Shown here piece after piece: positions 22,487 through 30,554 of a stretch of 64,000 nucleotides of DNA. The stretch's first letter is position 1; each line of letters starts with the position of its first letter. The position numbers and the translations under genes were made by a program. The notes beneath the pieces are model-generated. The model saw only the letters and a list, made by a program, of their open reading frames with translations. It searched no databases and was not told the DNA's origin. The stretch comes from Kineosporiaceae bacterium (GTDB lineage Bacteria; Actinomycetota; Actinomycetes; Actinomycetales; Kineosporiaceae). The stretch is taken from the NCBI GenBank assembly GCA_016794595.1, contig JAEUJN010000054.1:24595-88594 (forward strand), in the 5' to 3' direction.

Positions 22487-23070
22487 TCAGTGCACCGTGA
22501 CGACGCTGGGCGGCGCAGCCACTCCCACGCTGCTTGCTCCCACCCCGGCGCCGACCGGCTCGGGCCGAGGTTCCGGGTCGTCGATCAGGGTGTTCTCGTC
22601 GAACGGCAGGTGGCCACCCAGCACGTTCCCGGCCTGCTCGCTGTCGAGCTCACCCACCCAGGTGGCGATGATCACGGTGGCGATGGCGTTGCCCGCGAAG
22701 TTGGTCTAGGCCCGCGCCTCGCTCATCATGCGGTCGATGCCGACGATGAAGCCGACGCCGTCGACCAGATCGGGGCGGTGCGAGGCCAGCCCACCGGCCA
22801 GGGTGGCCAGACCGGCGCCGGTGACCCCGGCCGCACCCTTGCTGGCGATCATCATGAAGACCAGCAGCGAGATCTGCTGGCCGATGGTGAACGGCTTGTC
22901 CAGCGCCTCGGCGATGAACAGCGAGGCCATGGTCAGGTAGATCGCCGTGCCGTCCAGGTTGAAGGAGTACCCGGTCGGCACCGTGATGCCGACCACCGGA
23001 CGGGAGATCCCCAGGTGCTCCATCTTGGCGATCAGCCGGGGCAGGGCCGACTCGGAGGAGGAGGTCGACC
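22487..23070 (-). pseudogene. dctA: Remnant of a DctA/GltP-type dicarboxylate:cation symporter (5'-truncated, in-frame TAG)
   Basis: Translation reads [54 protein letters not shown]...[35 protein letters not shown]. This matches the last ~190 aa of DctA. The stop at 22706-22708 sits where Leu is expected. No homology appears upstream of ~23070. Confidence 0.8.
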
Positions 23071-23207
23071 TGGTCGAGTCCGGGCGCGCGCTGCGGCGGC
23101 AACGCCCTACGCGCGCGGGACGTCCCGAGGTGGAATACCTCTGGACGGATCGGTCGGCGGGCTGACCGCGCTCCTGCGAAGGGTCCAGCGCGACGCAAGG
23201 CTAGCCG

Positions 23208-23795
23208 TCAGACGGTCCGGGCGAGATCGCCGACCACCTCGGCGCCGGGCAACCGCGCGAGTGCGGCACCGGGCAGGATCAGCTTGGAGTGACGCACCCC
23301 CGAGCCGATGACGACCTCGGGGGTGGCGGCGACGGCCGCATCGATCCAGAGCGCCCAGTCGCCCGGCAGCCCGACCGGGGTGATCCCGCCGTACGCCATC
23401 CCGCTCAGCCGGACGGCGTCGTCCATGGGCGCGAACGATGCCCGGCGTGCCTCGAGCCGGCGCCGGACGACGGTGTTCACGTCCACCCGGGTGGTGGCCA
23501 GGGCGACGCAGGCCGCATAGCGCGTCACCCCCGCACGGGTGCCGGCCACGACGACACAGTTCGCGGCAGTGGCCAGCGGGAGATCGAAGGCAGCGCAGAG
23601 CGCGGCGGTGTCGGCGAGATCGGGATCGATGCCGAGGACCCGTATCAGATCGGCGAGCTCGGACGCCGGCCCACCTGGCGCCAGGGCGGCGGCCACCGGA
23701 GCGGCGAGCAGGTCGAGATGCGCCGCGACCGGTAGCGCGGCGAGCCCCGCGAGCGGCCGGTCGAGTTCGGAGGGCGAGGACGGTGTCGAGGTCAC
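23208..23795 (-). CDS. YbaK/EbsC/ProX-type aminoacyl-tRNA deacylase domain protein
   Basis: The C-terminal part of track ORF 23208..24539 reads NCVVVAGTRAGVTRYAACVALATTRVDVN...SGMAYGGITPVGLP. The GTG 23795 start is uncertain. Confidence 0.6.
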   Translation of the reverse strand: MTSTPSSPSELDRPLAGLAALPVAAHLDLLAAPVAAALAPGGPASELADLIRVLGIDPDLADTAALCAAFDLPLATAANCVVVAGTRAGVTRYAACVALATTRVDVNTVVRRRLEARRASFAPMDDAVRLSGMAYGGITPVGLPGDWALWIDAAVAATPEVVIGSGVRHSKLILPGAALARLPGAEVVGDLARTV

Positions 23796-24033
23796 GACGC
23801 CATTGTGTCCGCCGGCCACCGAAGGGGAGTGAGGGTGGCGACCCAGTGACGCACGGTGTCCCCCGGTAGGACCGATACAGGGCAGAGGTGCGCGAACGTC
23901 GCCCCGCGTGGCGGGGTGCACCTGCGCACAGTCATCGTTACGGTGAAGCCGATTGCGGCATGCCACCGGGGGTATCGCTGCGTGACCAGCCGCCATCGAC
24001 CACCACGCACCATGATGTCGACAGGGCACCGAC

Positions 24034-24603
24034 GTGACGGGAATGACGATGACTGGGCCCTTCCCCGCCCGCATCACGCGACTGATCGCTGTGACCACCC
24101 TGTGCGCTGTCGTCCCCCTGCTCGCGTCGTGCAAGCCCATCGATCGCACCGAGTGGGGCAGCGACCCGTTCCGGACGGCCGAGGCTGCAGCCCGGGCGAA
24201 GGCCTTCGACGCCTCGGCCACCGCACGGGCACGGGCCACCACCCAGACCGGGTCGACGGTGACTGCCAACCCGAACGGCAGCACCGGACGGCAGCCCCAG
24301 CCGGCGCGGATCACCGATGACTCCGGGGTGATCGCCGGCGCCGACGCCGGATCGCGGCGGTCCTCGACGTCCAGCGTTGTGCTGTCCACCGCACCGTCGA
24401 CCTGTTGGTACCTGGTGGTGGACGGCAATCGCCACAAAGGGTGTGGCAACGCCACGATCAGTGACACCCGCGGGGTGCGTGCCGGGCGGGCGACGAAGCT
24501 GAGCGGCACCGACCCGATCACGCTCCAGCTGCTCACCAACGGTCAGGCGGTGGCCTCGGGCACCGTCTCGGGCAACAACAGGTATGTCACCGTTCGCGGG
24601 TGA
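24034..24603 (+). CDS. Putative lipoprotein, function unknown
   Basis: Signal peptide with lipobox (RLIAVTTLCAVVPLLASC). G/C-rich third positions. No recognisable domain. Confidence 0.6.
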   Translation: MTGMTMTGPFPARITRLIAVTTLCAVVPLLASCKPIDRTEWGSDPFRTAEAAARAKAFDASATARARATTQTGSTVTANPNGSTGRQPQPARITDDSGVIAGADAGSRRSSTSSVVLSTAPSTCWYLVVDGNRHKGCGNATISDTRGVRAGRATKLSGTDPITLQLLTNGQAVASGTVSGNNRYVTVRG

Positions 24604-24637
24604 GCCAGGGCGGCACGCACCTCCGCCGCCCGCCGCC

Positions 24638-24670
24638 CACCCGCGAACCATCCGACACCGTTCGCGGGTG
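24638..24670 (+). terminator. Hairpin downstream of the lipoprotein gene
   Basis: CACCCGCGAAC - 11 nt - GTTCGCGGGTG. A second GTTCGCGGGTG copy at 24592..24602 overlaps the stop codon. Confidence 0.45.
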
Positions 24671-24723
24671 AAGCCGCCGGACGCATTGCCCAAAACCCAC
24701 TCTCACGGGATACCGTCCTTGGC

Positions 24724-25410
24724 GTGGCTGTGATCCTGCTGGTCGAGGACGACGCCGGAATTCGTTCCGCGCTGACCCGAGCGCTCACCGAGCGCGGGCA
24801 CGCCGTCACCTGGCAACCGGCGGGCCTGCCCGGGCTGCAGGCGGTGATCGACGAGCGTCCCGATGTGGTGCTGCTCGACCTGGGCCTGCCGGATGTGGAC
24901 GGGGTCCAGGTGCTCACCATGATGCGCGCGGTGAGCGATGTGCCGGTGATCGTGGTGACCGCCCGGGACGACGACGCCGACATCGTCAAGGCCCTGGACG
25001 CCGGGGCCGACGACTACGTCGCCAAACCGTTCGGCGCCGATCACCTCGAGGCGCGCATCCGCGCCGTCCTGCGGCGCAGTGCCGGGCAACGGGCCGAGGG
25101 ACCGTTGACCGTGGGCGACCTGGTGGTCGATCCGCGCACCCGCTCCGCCAGCCTGCAGAATCGCCCACTCGAGCTCTCCCGCAAGGAGTTCGACCTGCTG
25201 TACGCCCTCGCCCAGCGTGCCGGCGAGGTGGTCAGCAAACGGGAGCTGCTGGCCGAGGTGTGGCGCCAGCCGTACGGGGGTGGTGACCGCACGGTCGACG
25301 TCCACCTGTCGTGGCTGCGACGCAAGCTCGGTGAGACAGCAGCCGAACCGCGGTACCTGCACAGCACCCGGGGAGTCGGGGTCCGCTTGGCGGCGCCCGA
25401 GGCCGGCTGA
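24724..25410 (+). CDS. OmpR/PhoB-family response regulator
   Basis: Receiver domain (LLVEDD, DVVLLDLGLPDVDG, KPF) and winged-helix output (VDVHLSWLRRKL). Confidence 0.93.
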   Translation: MAVILLVEDDAGIRSALTRALTERGHAVTWQPAGLPGLQAVIDERPDVVLLDLGLPDVDGVQVLTMMRAVSDVPVIVVTARDDDADIVKALDAGADDYVAKPFGADHLEARIRAVLRRSAGQRAEGPLTVGDLVVDPRTRSASLQNRPLELSRKEFDLLYALAQRAGEVVSKRELLAEVWRQPYGGGDRTVDVHLSWLRRKLGETAAEPRYLHSTRGVGVRLAAPEAG

Positions 25411-25421
25411 GGCGAGTTCCG

Positions 25422-26723
25422 GTGCGCCGCCGCCTGACCTTTCTCGTTGCCGCGACGACGTCGGCCGTCATCGTGGCGTTCCTGGTGCCGATGACCTTCC
25501 TGCTGCGGACTCTGGCGAACGAGCGGGTGGCGGCCGGCTCGGCCCAGCGCCAACTGGGCGTGCTCACCCTGGTGGGCACCCAGAGCAAGCAGGAACTGCC
25601 TGCGCGCGTCGAGGAGTACCTGAAGCGCCAGCAGGACGGGACCCGCACCACTCTCTACCTGCCCGAGGGCTACCTGCAGGGCCGCACGATGCTCGGCGCC
25701 CAGGTCAGCGATGACGCCGGGGTCGCCCGGGCGATCGAGGTGCGCGATCCCTACAGCCGCCCCCAGGACGGCGCACTGATCAGTTACCGCGTGTTGTTCG
25801 CCGGCAACGAGGCGTTCGTGACCCGGGACGAGGTCAGCGCCGAGATCCGCGAGGCGGGCGTGCTGCGGCGCACCCTGGTGATCGGCGCTCTGGCGATCCT
25901 GCTGCTCGGGATCGCGGCTTTCGCGGCCGATCGCCTGGCTCGACGGGTGACCGAGCCGATCCAGGAGGTCGCCCGGGCCGCGGACGCCATGCACGAGGGC
26001 AGCCTCGACGTCCGGGTGGAGGAAGCAGGCATGCCCGAGGTGATCGCCCTGGCGCGGGCGCTGAACCGGCTGGCCGAGCGTGTCGGCCGCCTGCTCAGCG
26101 CCGAGCGCGACGCCGTGGCGGACCTGTCCCACCGGCTGCGCACCCCGGTGACCGCGCTCCGGCTGGACACCGAGATGATCACCGATCCGGACGTCAGCGA
26201 GCGCCTGCGGACCCACATCACCCAACTCGAGCGGACGGTGGACGCGATCGTGCACGACGCCCGCCGGCCCACCCGCGCCGACTCGACCGGGTCGTGCGAC
26301 GCCGCCAAGGTGGTGCGCGAGCGGGTGGCGTTCTGGTCGGCCCTGGCCGAGGAGCAGGATCGACCGCTGCGGACGGCGGTGCCGGACCGGCCGCTGCGGG
26401 CGAAGGTCAGCGCCGACGACCTGTCCGACGTGGTCGACGTCCTGCTCGACAACGTGTTCGCCCACACCGACGACGGCGTGCCGATCGAGGTCTGGGTGGT
26501 TCCCCGCGCGGACGGCGCGATCGTGCTCACGGTCGAGGACGGCGGCACCGGACTGCCGGCCGGCGACATCGTCTCGCGCGGGAGTTCCGGGGCGGGATCC
26601 ACCGGCCTGGGACTGGACATCGCCCGGCGCGCGGCGATGGCATCCGGCGGTTGGCTGGAGCTGGGCCAGTCCCGGCTGGGCGGGGCGCTGGTGCGGGTGG
26701 TGCTCGGCAAGGCGGCGTCCTGA
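25422..26723 (+). CDS. HAMP-domain sensor histidine kinase
   Basis: Two TM helices, HAMP, H-box DLSHRLRTPVTAL, and N/G boxes (LDNVFAHT, GTGLPAG, GSTGLGLDIA). Confidence 0.92.
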   Translation: MRRRLTFLVAATTSAVIVAFLVPMTFLLRTLANERVAAGSAQRQLGVLTLVGTQSKQELPARVEEYLKRQQDGTRTTLYLPEGYLQGRTMLGAQVSDDAGVARAIEVRDPYSRPQDGALISYRVLFAGNEAFVTRDEVSAEIREAGVLRRTLVIGALAILLLGIAAFAADRLARRVTEPIQEVARAADAMHEGSLDVRVEEAGMPEVIALARALNRLAERVGRLLSAERDAVADLSHRLRTPVTALRLDTEMITDPDVSERLRTHITQLERTVDAIVHDARRPTRADSTGSCDAAKVVRERVAFWSALAEEQDRPLRTAVPDRPLRAKVSADDLSDVVDVLLDNVFAHTDDGVPIEVWVVPRADGAIVLTVEDGGTGLPAGDIVSRGSSGAGSTGLGLDIARRAAMASGGWLELGQSRLGGALVRVVLGKAAS

Positions 26724-26866
26724 CCCGCTCGCCGCCGCAGCTGTGGGTGACACGCCTCACTCTCGGGTTGATGTGCGCAGGTCAGGGCCTTGATCGCGGG
26801 ATGCGTTGAGTGGCTCTTGACCCTTGACTGACGCAACGTTCACGGCGTGTCGGCCATGCTCGTGGC

Positions 26867-27367
26867 ATGGCTCAGGTGACCACCGGCGATCGGGACCGCG
26901 CCCGCAGGGCGGTGTCGGTCATGACCGGGGGCATCACCGTCGGGGCTCTGGTGGCCACCGGAGCGGCCATGGCGCTGGCCAGGTCGCAGACCGAGCACGA
27001 ACAGTCACTGAAGCGGGCGCAGAAGGCGGCCCAGGCTGCCGTGGCGGCGGACACCACGTCGGGTGCGGCGTCCGGGTCGATCACGACCCTGGACGACCTC
27101 GCCCCCACCTCCCCCACGACGTCCGCCTCCAAGGCGGCCACCCGCAGGAGTACGACAACCAGCACGACAACCAGCACGGCAACCACGAAGGCCGCCAAGA
27201 AGACCACCGCGCAGGCCACCAAGAAGGCCACGACCCGGGCAGTCACCAGCACGAAGGCCCCGCAGCCCGTCGCCGAACCGCCCGCCGAGCAACCGCCTCA
27301 GCAGCAACAACCGGTTCAGCAGACCGAGCAGCAGCAGATCGAGCCGGCCCCGACCAGCGGATCGTGA
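26867..27367 (+). CDS. Membrane-anchored Thr/Ser/Lys/Gln-rich low-complexity protein
   Basis: One N-terminal TM helix (VMTGGITVGALVATGAAMALA) followed by a disordered tail. Third-position G/C bias supports this frame over the overlapping 26824 frame. The stop overlaps the ApbE start. Confidence 0.65.
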   Translation: MAQVTTGDRDRARRAVSVMTGGITVGALVATGAAMALARSQTEHEQSLKRAQKAAQAAVAADTTSGAASGSITTLDDLAPTSPTTSASKAATRRSTTTSTTTSTATTKAAKKTTAQATKKATTRAVTSTKAPQPVAEPPAEQPPQQQQPVQQTEQQQIEPAPTSGS

Positions 27368-28350
27368 CGGGCGAACCGACGTCCACCGAGCCCGTCGTCT
27401 ACCGCTCGACCAGATGGCGGGCACTGGGCACGTTCGTCTTCCTGGGCGTCGCCCAGGGGAGGCAGATGGATCGGGCCAGGGCACTTGCCGGCTCGATGCT
27501 GGACGAGGTCGACCGAGCCTGTAGCCGGTTCCGGGATGACTCCGAGCTGATGCGGGCCAATGCCCGCGCCGGTCAGTGGGTCACGACCGGTCCGCTCCTG
27601 GTCGAGGCGGTGGCCTGTGCCCTGGACGTGGCCGCGCGGACGGATGGCCTGGTCGACCCCACGCTCGGCAGGGCCCTGGTCGCCCTGGGGTACGACCGTG
27701 ACCTCGCCCGGATTCGTGATCGCACGGACGGTCCAGCCGACCCGCAGCCGGTCGATCCCGCGGGGCTGCCCCCGATCCCGGCGCGGCCGGGCGCCTGGCG
27801 CGAGGTCGAGCTCGACCCGGCCGGCCGGATCCGAGTGCCCGCGGGGGTGGCCCTCGACCTGGGGGCAACCGGCAAGGCGTTCGCCTGCGACCGGATCGCC
27901 TCGGCCCTGGCCGACCGGCTGGGCATCGACTGCATCCTGAGCCTGGGCGGCGACGTCGCCGTCGGCCACGGCACGACCACCGTGCACCCATGGCCGGTGA
28001 CCGTCGCCGAACGGCCGGACGGCGAGGTGGCCGAGACCCTCACCCTCGAGCACGGGGCGATCGCCACCTCGACGGTGGTCCACCGGACCTGGACCCACGA
28101 CGGGCGCAGCCTGCATCACCTGCTCGACCCCGCGACCGGCCGGCCGGTCGTCCCCAGCTGGCGCACCGCCACGGTCCGAGCGGCCAGCTGCGTCGAGGCC
28201 AACGGCGCCAGCACGGCGTCCCTGGTCCTGGGTGATCGGGCCGAGCGGTGGCTGGCATCCCGGGGAATGGCCGCCCGATTGGTGTCCCGGGACGGCAGGG
28301 TCCGTACCCTGGGGGCGTGGCCCGACCACCCTGTTGAAGGGCGTCTGTGA
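27364..28350 (+). CDS. apbE: FAD:protein FMN transferase (ApbE family), second copy, no signal peptide
   Basis: ALDLGATGKAFACDRIA, LSLGGDVAV, AIATSTVVHR, HHLLDPATGRP and ATVRAASCVEANGASTASLVLG. GTG at 27364 overlaps the upstream TGA. Confidence 0.85.
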   Translation: MTGEPTSTEPVVYRSTRWRALGTFVFLGVAQGRQMDRARALAGSMLDEVDRACSRFRDDSELMRANARAGQWVTTGPLLVEAVACALDVAARTDGLVDPTLGRALVALGYDRDLARIRDRTDGPADPQPVDPAGLPPIPARPGAWREVELDPAGRIRVPAGVALDLGATGKAFACDRIASALADRLGIDCILSLGGDVAVGHGTTTVHPWPVTVAERPDGEVAETLTLEHGAIATSTVVHRTWTHDGRSLHHLLDPATGRPVVPSWRTATVRAASCVEANGASTASLVLGDRAERWLASRGMAARLVSRDGRVRTLGAWPDHPVEGRL

Positions 28351-28929
28351 ATGGTGCTGTGGTATGCCAACCGGGGAACCGGCGTGGTGCTGGTCCTGCT
28401 GCTGAGCGCGGCGACCGCGCTCGGCGTGCTGTCGACCGCCCGCGCGGGCTCCACCCGGTGGCCGCGCTTCGCGACCCAGTCACTGCACCGGAACGTCTCG
28501 CTGCTGGCCATGGTGCTCCTGCTCGCGCACGTCGTCACGCCCGTCGTCGACTCCTTCACCGACCTGCGCTGGTTCCATGCCCTGGCGCCGGTGAACGGTG
28601 AGTACGTGGCCCGGCACCGGCTGCCCATGGCCCTGGCGGCCCTGGCCTTCGACCTGCTGGTGCTGATCACCGTGACCAGCCTGGTGCGGGCGCGGCTACC
28701 TCACCGGGCCTGGCGGGGCCTGCACCTGCTCAGCTATCTCAGTTGGGCACTCGGCGTCCTGCACGGCTGGCTGCTCGGCACCGACGCCGACACCCTGTGG
28801 AGCCGCACAGTGACGGTGATCGCGGTGACCGTGGTGGCACTGGCTGTGCTGGTACGCCTGGCGACGTGGTGGCACGAGTCCCGGCGGTCCACGCGGCAAT
28901 CCGATCAGGCGATGGCTCACCTGCCATGA
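28351..28929 (+). CDS. Ferric-reductase-like (MsrQ/YedZ-type) transmembrane protein
   Basis: Six TM helices with paired His (LHRNVSLLAMVLLLAHVV and GLHLLSYLSWALGVLHGW), consistent with two b haems. Confidence 0.75.
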   Translation: MVLWYANRGTGVVLVLLLSAATALGVLSTARAGSTRWPRFATQSLHRNVSLLAMVLLLAHVVTPVVDSFTDLRWFHALAPVNGEYVARHRLPMALAALAFDLLVLITVTSLVRARLPHRAWRGLHLLSYLSWALGVLHGWLLGTDADTLWSRTVTVIAVTVVALAVLVRLATWWHESRRSTRQSDQAMAHLP

Positions 28930-30209
28930 CCGGATATGTGAGCGTGCCGGCTGCCCTGACCGGTGAGATCTCGGTCCTGGTCGGACCGCGACTCCTGGCC
29001 GGAGTGGCCGATCCGGCTGGTCTGACGGCGCACCGTCGCCGGTGGGGCCCGCTGCCGACCTTGGGCGCCAACCAGCTGGTCGAGCTCACCCGGGACGTCC
29101 GGGTGGCCGGGCGTGGTGGAGCGGCATTCCCCTTCTCGCGCAAGCTGTCCTCGGCCATCTCGGCCAACCGGCGGCGCAGCGTGGTGGTGAACGCCGCCGA
29201 GGGCGAGCCGGGCAGTGCCAAGGACTGCGCGCTGATGCTCACCGCACCCCACCTGGTCCTGGACGGCGCGGCCGTGGTGGCGAGGGCGCTCGACGTCCCG
29301 GTGGTGCACCTCGTGGTGCCGGGCGATCGGCCCGCCGTGCGGCCCGCGGCCGAGCGGGCCGTTGCCGACCACGACAGCGGCGTGGAGTTCCTGATCACCG
29401 AGACCACGGCAGGCTTCGTGGGGGGGCAGTCGCGTGCGGTCCTGGAGCTGCTCTCGGGCCGGGACAACCTGCCGGTCACGGCCTGGGAACCGGAGGCAGT
29501 CAGCGGGTTGCGGGGTCGCCCCACCCTGCTGTCGAACGCCGAGACCTACGCCCAGGTGGCCGCACTGGCCATGATGGGAGCCCGCGAGTACGCAGGGCTC
29601 GGCACCCCCGACGAACCCGGGACGACGCTGCTGACCATCGGTGGGGACGGGCTCACCGGGGTGGTGGTCGAGGTGGCTCACGGGACACCCCTGCGCGACG
29701 TCCTGGCCCTGTGCGGGTACGACCTGGACGCTCCGGTGGTCCTGGGGGGCTATCACGGCACCTGGCTGACGCCGCAGATGCTGGCCGACCAGACGGTCAC
29801 CCGCACGAACCGGCGTGGGCAGCACGTCGCCCTGGCGGCCGGAGTGGTGCTCCCGGTTCGCCGGGACGCCTGCCCGGTGGAGCTGACCGCCCAGGTGGTG
29901 GTCTACCTGGCCGGGCAGAGCGCCCGGCGGTGCGGTCCGTGTTTCAACGGTTTGCCGGCCCTGGCCGAGGCCTGCCTCGCGCTGGCTCACGGCAGCGCGG
30001 GCCAGCCGGTGCTGGAGCGGATCGAACAACTCATCGGTTTGCTCCCCGGGCGTGGGGCTTGCTCGCACCCGGACGGCACGGTGCTCCTGGTGCGCTCACT
30101 GTTGCGGGCCTTCCCGGACGAGGTGGCCATGCACCTGGTGGGCCCGTGCGCGCATGCCGCTCCCGCCATCGACCCGGCGCAGACGCTGAGAGGGCTGGTG
30201 GCCCGATGA
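28926..30209 (+). CDS. NuoF-like (complex I 51-kDa family) NAD(P)H/FMN/4Fe-4S protein
   Basis: GRGGAAFPFSRKL, VVNAAEGEPGSAKD, and the Cys cluster RRCGPCFNGLPALAEAC...GRGACSHPDG. ATGA overlap with the upstream gene. Confidence 0.8.
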   Translation: MTGYVSVPAALTGEISVLVGPRLLAGVADPAGLTAHRRRWGPLPTLGANQLVELTRDVRVAGRGGAAFPFSRKLSSAISANRRRSVVVNAAEGEPGSAKDCALMLTAPHLVLDGAAVVARALDVPVVHLVVPGDRPAVRPAAERAVADHDSGVEFLITETTAGFVGGQSRAVLELLSGRDNLPVTAWEPEAVSGLRGRPTLLSNAETYAQVAALAMMGAREYAGLGTPDEPGTTLLTIGGDGLTGVVVEVAHGTPLRDVLALCGYDLDAPVVLGGYHGTWLTPQMLADQTVTRTNRRGQHVALAAGVVLPVRRDACPVELTAQVVVYLAGQSARRCGPCFNGLPALAEACLALAHGSAGQPVLERIEQLIGLLPGRGACSHPDGTVLLVRSLLRAFPDEVAMHLVGPCAHAAPAIDPAQTLRGLVAR

Positions 30210-30535
30210 GTGAACCCCCCGCGGACGCCACCGGCCCGCAGACCCTGATGATCCCGCTGATCGAGGCCACCGGGGCGATCACGCTGCCCGGCGAGCTGAA
30301 CGGCCGCTCGCCGCGCCGTCCCCGGCGGGGCAAGCGGCTGCGCGTGGACTGGCCGGCCTGCAAGGGCCACGCCCTGTGCAGTGAACTGGTTCCCGAGCGG
30401 ATCACGCTCGACGAGTGGGGGTATCCCCTGATCGATGACCGACCGCTGCGCGGGGCGGCCCTGGACCACGCCAAGAAGGCGGTCGCAGCCTGCCCGACCC
30501 TGGCACTGCGACTGGTGGACGTCACCTCCCGCTGA
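30206..30535 (+). CDS. Small ferredoxin (single-cluster type)
   Basis: VDWPACKGHALCSELVPERITLDEWGYP ... AVAACPTLAL. ATGA overlap with the upstream gene. Confidence 0.7.
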   Translation: MSEPPADATGPQTLMIPLIEATGAITLPGELNGRSPRRPRRGKRLRVDWPACKGHALCSELVPERITLDEWGYPLIDDRPLRGAALDHAKKAVAACPTLALRLVDVTSR

Positions 30536-30554
30536 GCCGTCGGGTCGGCGTCGC

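Noticed and set aside
27090-27340. Nucleotide-level repetitiveness (ACC/ACG/AAG/CAG runs)
   Set aside because: This is coding low complexity of the Thr/Lys/Gln-rich tail of the 26867..27367 protein, not a tandem DNA repeat or an array.
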